A stretch of DNA of 64,000 nt, from the NCBI GenBank assembly GCA_964373805.1, contig CAYJWF010000004.1, positions 1,891 through 65,890 of the forward strand, in the 5' to 3' direction. The notes below the pieces were generated by a model. The model had not been told where the DNA came from and did no database searches. It saw nothing but the letters and a program-made list of their open reading frames with translations. Source of the stretch: an uncultured Planctomycetia bacterium (GTDB lineage: Bacteria > Omnitrophota > Gorgyraeia > 1-14-0-20-64-10). The translations under genes and the position numbers were made by a program. Below are positions 60,408 to 64,000 of the stretch, piece by piece. Within the stretch, counting starts at the first letter, position 1; each line of letters starts with the position of its first letter.

Positions 60408-63400
60408 TTAACTGGTGAGTGCTTGGGTACGCCGTTGGCTTTCCGGAACGAAGAAGCTGGAACTCAGCTGATTGAAGAACTCCTTTAAGACAGACGCCAC
60501 TGGGGTTGCCGTTGAGGCGATCGTCGTGGCAGGAGCCGGGCCGACAGGGGAAGGAGAAGGAGCCGGGGCGGGAGCTGCCGCCAAGGGAAAGATCACCTGG
60601 CCATTGAAGATCACCTGACCCGGGGGGCTGCTTAACAGGTTTAACGTGTTGCTGGGGCTGACCGTCCCGGAGAGATCCGCCGAGACGCCGCTTACCTCGG
60701 AACTGGCCGAAACGCCCAGGGAGGCTCCGGTAACGGAGACCTCGATCGGATCGCTTAAAGTTCCAATCACCCCCACGGCCAGAAGGGAGGAGTCTCCATT
60801 CGCTGTGAGATTGACATTGGAACCGTTGCCATCGAAGAGGGAGCCGCCGGAGGTCAGGGTCACGGCCCCATCGATGTTCAACGAACCCAGCGTCATGTCC
60901 CCCGTGGAAGTGACGGTGGCTGAGCCGTTGGTCGTGGTGAGGCTCGCCAACGTCAGCGCCTGGTCGTTGGCCAGGAAGATGGAACCGTTGCTCGCGGTCG
61001 CCGTCAAGGTGTTGACGGAACAGTCGACCTGGTTACTGCCGGTGTTTCCGATCCGCCCGCCGGCGGTTAAGGTGAGGGCGTTGGCGGCGATCTTGGTCGT
61101 GTCGTCGCCGTCATCGTTGATGTGGCTTCCGCTCGTCGCCGTGATGCTGAGGTTGCCGATTCCAGCGCTTATGGTTCTCACCGTCAGGTTATCGGCCCCC
61201 TGGATGGTGATGTTGCCTCCACCGGTGGAGACGGTGGAGCCGCTATCCTGGATGTAGGTGCCGGAGCCGTTGCCCTCACTGTCTGCGGTGAGACTCACGG
61301 TGCCGCTTCCACCGGTGGACAGACTCTGTCGGATCCGCACATCGTCCCTCGCCAAGGCGGTGATGTTTCCACTGGTGGAGCTGACGGTTCTCAAGTCCAC
61401 ATTCTCGCCACTGGTCAGGGTGATGCCTCCAGTGGCCGTGGAAAGGGAGGAGCCGCTGTTCATGGTGAGTTTGCCGTTGCCATTGGAATCGCTATCAGCG
61501 ATTAAGGTGAGCGTCCCAGAACCGGCAACCACCACGGCGGAAGAGGAGGCCACGGTCAGATTGTTGTCCGCTCGAAGATCCAGAGATCCGCCTGAGGCAA
61601 CGGTCGGCCCGTTCAAGGTAAAGGAACCGATGTCCCGAACCGCAGCGCCCCCGCTTCCCACGTTGAGATTCAAGGTGTCGACATCCGTATTCAAGGCACC
61701 GCTTACGCCTACCCCTTTCCCTGAAGCGTTGGCGGTTAAGGTGAGCGTCTGGGTGGCAATCGCGGTCGCGCTGCTGCCGTCGTCCAGTATGTTTCCAAAT
61801 AACGATTGGATGGAGACACTCCCGGATCCGCCTCCCGTGATCGCGCGAACGGTGAAGTCTCCTCCGGTCTGGAGGGTCACCCCGCCGTTACCGGACAGGA
61901 TCGAGCTGCCCACCGCTTGGGTTATCGTTCCCACCCCATCGGAGGCGGCTCCTCCTCTGGAAGAAAAGTCGTTATCGGCGATCAAGACCATATCGCCGTT
62001 GGAGCCTCTTACCTCCACGTTGGCGTTTAAGTTAATGTGCCGGCCGGCCAAGAAAACCAGATCGTTGTTGTTGCCCATCCTCAAGGTGTTGTTCACCGTG
62101 ATGTCTTGGGTCGCTTCGAACCGGGCCTCGGAAAAACCGGTGATGTCCGAGATCTGAATGGTGGTGGTGCCGCTCGACGGTGCCGCGTCAAAGGCGATGT
62201 CCGGCGTTGGGGAGGTGTTGTTGGTGGGAGAAGATTGCGAAGAGGTATCGAAGATCAGGTTCAGCGGATCGACGAGAAGCCGCCCGCCGAGGAAGCCTTC
62301 CTGCGCTTGGCCCACGATCTGGCCACCCCACTGAACGGTTTGGCCGCTGAGCTCCACAAAACCGGCGTCTCCCCCCATCGGACCAGCGCTGACATCCAAC
62401 ACCGCTGTCGGCCGGAAGCTTGTATGCCCCTCGGTGGTGTTGATCCAGATCGATCCTCCCTGGGCTCTTGGGGCCCCTCCCCGGACCCGTAGGAGAGAGC
62501 CCGTATCCAGAACCGTCTCCTTCACGGCGATCACCTGGATGTCACCTCCCCGACCGGCCTGTTCAGTATCGGCCGTCACCGTTCCCCGCTGAACGATCCG
62601 GGTCCCTTTCAAGAAGATTTGGCCTCCATCGGGAGCTGGAACGGTGCCATCGGCCCGCAAGGTTCCGGTCTGCGCAACGGTTCCCCCCTCACCGACCAAC
62701 TCAATCCGACCGCCTCGATCCACCACCCGGTTCGCCTCGATCAGGCCGGATTGATTGACCACCTGATCGAAGAGCCGCTCCACCGCCTTAGCGGTCACCA
62801 GGACCTGCCCACTGGGAGCCGAGATTTCTCCCTGCTGTTGAATCGCGGCCGAAACCGGTTTCCCATCGAAGCCGGTTGCCACTTCCGACAACGGCTCCTC
62901 CACCGCCACGGCCAGTTGACCCTCCGGATCGAAAGAAAGGGTGATCTTCTCACCGGCGGCCAGGGCCACGGTCCCCAACTCGGCCACCAAACTTCCCTGG
63001 TTGACCACCGCCCCCCCTAAGAGGGAGATGAATCCTCCCGGGTCGGTGAGGATCCGCCCCTCATTTACAACCGCCTTGGGAGATTGACCGGCCATCCGTT
63101 CGAAACGGAGCTTGCCGCTCAAGAAATCGAGGGGACGCAACTCTAAGGTGGAGGCCACAAATCCCTTGGCAACGTCGATGACGGCGGTGGCGGCGGTGTG
63201 GATCCCGGCCGGGTTGACCAGGAAAAGCTGCCCATTGGAGAGGAGCCTCCCCCCAATCTCAGAAGGCTGCCCTCCGGTCACCCTCGCCAGAACACCGGAG
63301 GTGGGGGTGACCTCGTGATGGTGAAATTCCACCCTCTCCGGTTGGGCGATGTCAAAATGGGGGTACTGGAGGACGGCCTGATCCGACTCAATGTGGAGGT

Positions 63401-63587
63401 GAAGGGTCTGGGGATCCGTTTGCTCTGCGGAAACATTCCCATGCTCCACCCCGTAGTCGGTGGGAAGGGCATAAGACAACCCTTGGGGAAGTCCCAGCGA
63501 AATCCCTAGGAAGTAACCCAGCACCGTCGCGCTTGACCTATGACGATGCAGCGCGCTGAAAGCCCCCCGGCTCACGCGCACGTCCAC
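60408..63587 (-). CDS. filamentous-hemagglutinin-family exoprotein (TpsA) with N-terminal TPS secretion domain
   Basis: TPS-domain motif ...LFLVNPAGIH...; long beta-helical Gly/Thr/Ser/Asn-rich repeats (GSGTLTLIADSDSNGNG..., TGGGNITIQGADNLTV...); 1059 aa; no TpsB partner inside the window. Confidence 0.7.
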   Translation of the reverse strand: MDVRVSRGAFSALHRHRSSATVLGYFLGISLGLPQGLSYALPTDYGVEHGNVSAEQTDPQTLHLHIESDQAVLQYPHFDIAQPERVEFHHHEVTPTSGVLARVTGGQPSEIGGRLLSNGQLFLVNPAGIHTAATAVIDVAKGFVASTLELRPLDFLSGKLRFERMAGQSPKAVVNEGRILTDPGGFISLLGGAVVNQGSLVAELGTVALAAGEKITLSFDPEGQLAVAVEEPLSEVATGFDGKPVSAAIQQQGEISAPSGQVLVTAKAVERLFDQVVNQSGLIEANRVVDRGGRIELVGEGGTVAQTGTLRADGTVPAPDGGQIFLKGTRIVQRGTVTADTEQAGRGGDIQVIAVKETVLDTGSLLRVRGGAPRAQGGSIWINTTEGHTSFRPTAVLDVSAGPMGGDAGFVELSGQTVQWGGQIVGQAQEGFLGGRLLVDPLNLIFDTSSQSSPTNNTSPTPDIAFDAAPSSGTTTIQISDITGFSEARFEATQDITVNNTLRMGNNNDLVFLAGRHINLNANVEVRGSNGDMVLIADNDFSSRGGAASDGVGTITQAVGSSILSGNGGVTLQTGGDFTVRAITGGGSGSVSIQSLFGNILDDGSSATAIATQTLTLTANASGKGVGVSGALNTDVDTLNLNVGSGGAAVRDIGSFTLNGPTVASGGSLDLRADNNLTVASSSAVVVAGSGTLTLIADSDSNGNGKLTMNSGSSLSTATGGITLTSGENVDLRTVSSTSGNITALARDDVRIRQSLSTGGSGTVSLTADSEGNGSGTYIQDSGSTVSTGGGNITIQGADNLTVRTISAGIGNLSITATSGSHINDDGDDTTKIAANALTLTAGGRIGNTGSNQVDCSVNTLTATASNGSIFLANDQALTLASLTTTNGSATVTSTGDMTLGSLNIDGAVTLTSGGSLFDGNGSNVNLTANGDSSLLAVGVIGTLSDPIEVSVTGASLGVSASSEVSGVSADLSGTVSPSNTLNLLSSPPGQVIFNGQVIFPLAAAPAPAPSPSPVGPAPATTIASTATPVASVLKEFFNQLSSSFFVPESQRRTQALTS

Positions 63588-63799
63588 TTTTTCGGTGATG
63601 ACCGGGGCTAGCTGTCTGGATTGTTCATTTCGCCATAGAAATGTCCTGTTAGTAACAGGTTACCTGCTCCCGCAGGAAAATTCAAGGCCCCACAAGCCGC
63701 AAGGAAATTTTCCTCACTTTTACCTCCCCATAGGCCATACTTGATGTGAAGACCTCGAAAAAGGCACGGCCACATTCAAGGCCACGCAAAGCCACGGAT

Positions 63800-63845
63800 C
63801 TTTTGGTGCCAGGCACCTTTTAAAGATGGGTGCCTGGCACCAAAA
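63800..63845. repeat. P2 twin hairpins GGTGCCAGGCACC + GGTGCCTGGCACC upstream of tpsA
   Basis: TTTTGGTGCCAGGCACCTTTTAAAGATGGGTGCCTGGCACCAAAAAAG. Confidence 0.8.
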
Positions 63846-64000
63846 AAGAGAGCCGGGCTGCCGAGGTGCAGAAGATTTTGCGTCACGGCAACCCGGCGTT
63901 TTTATTTTCCTGGTTTCCTTCGGCCTTTCGTAAAAGGTGAGAACGGATTAGGATGGAAGGGATAACCTTAAGATGACGATGCAGCGAGTTAATCCTTTGC

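Noticed and set aside
60646-62157. Plus-strand ORFs 60646..61257, 61258..62157, 62037..62492 within tpsA
   Set aside because: Antisense frames of a long repetitive Gly/Thr/Ser-rich gene; no independent support.
1-64000. CRISPR array
   Set aside because: The many palindromic repeats (P1, P2, R1-R3) are dispersed, not regularly spaced with unique spacers, and no cas genes are present.
63590-64000. Possible TpsB transporter or small gene upstream of tpsA
   Set aside because: No ORF of adequate length with RBS in the remaining 400 nt; region is dominated by hairpin repeats; a TpsB gene, if present, lies outside the window.

Overview
This is a 64-kb GC-rich (~60%) chromosomal segment from a diderm bacterium. 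Mla, Lol, Lnt, LptE, BamD and a TpsA exoprotein are all present. Coding density is high and about 90% of genes sit on the minus strand. I could not place the taxon.

Reading right to left, the gene content is mostly housekeeping:
- holB'-tmk-cysS-cysE-ispDF-yacL-mlaDFE and an AsmA-like gene
- clpC, then a COG1373 ATPase
- a DUF2283/DUF4258 TA cassette
- mcsA-mcsB, ilvE and lolCD
- a small HEPN/MNT/TIR-like islet
- lysS, lnt and secA
- a frameshifted four-helix-bundle pseudogene
- prfB with its programmed +1 frameshift
- ogt, uvrC, murJ/rpsT, holA-lptE-bamD
- a PilZ gene, comEC and comEA
- a Phd/RelE pair
- a 1135-aa secreted protein, a second COG1373 ATPase and leuS
- tRNA-Ala and tRNA-Leu followed by a free-standing LAGLIDADG endonuclease
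- two CheY-like regulators
- cobO, accA, an L,D-transpeptidase and a class II B12-dependent RNR (nrdJ)
- a filamentous-hemagglutinin-like TpsA

The most unusual feature is several unrelated families of short hairpin-forming repeats. Many copies are inserted in frame inside essential or conserved genes (cysS, ispDF, leuS, uvrC, lnt, secA, mcsA, ogt), reminiscent of Rickettsia palindromic elements. The families are:
- GGGGTCWGACCCC palindromes encoding (K)RG(L/Q)TP
- GGTRCCWGGYACC twin hairpins encoding VPGT
- a 60-90-bp element read in at least three frames
- C-run/G-run-clamped hairpins
- nested hairpins with a conserved TTCGACARGCTCA loop and compensatory stems
- heptamer tandem arrays

Other points of interest:
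- Two paralogous two-gene cassettes of tiny membrane proteins. One is translationally coupled to prfB.
- A family of secreted proteins rich in GLEE motifs with a conserved C-terminal domain, including a stand-alone C-terminal fragment. Members sit next to COG1373 ATPases.
- A TA cassette bracketed by two pairs of direct repeats.

Coordinates I defined by hand (not taken from the ORF track) may be off by 1-2 nt.
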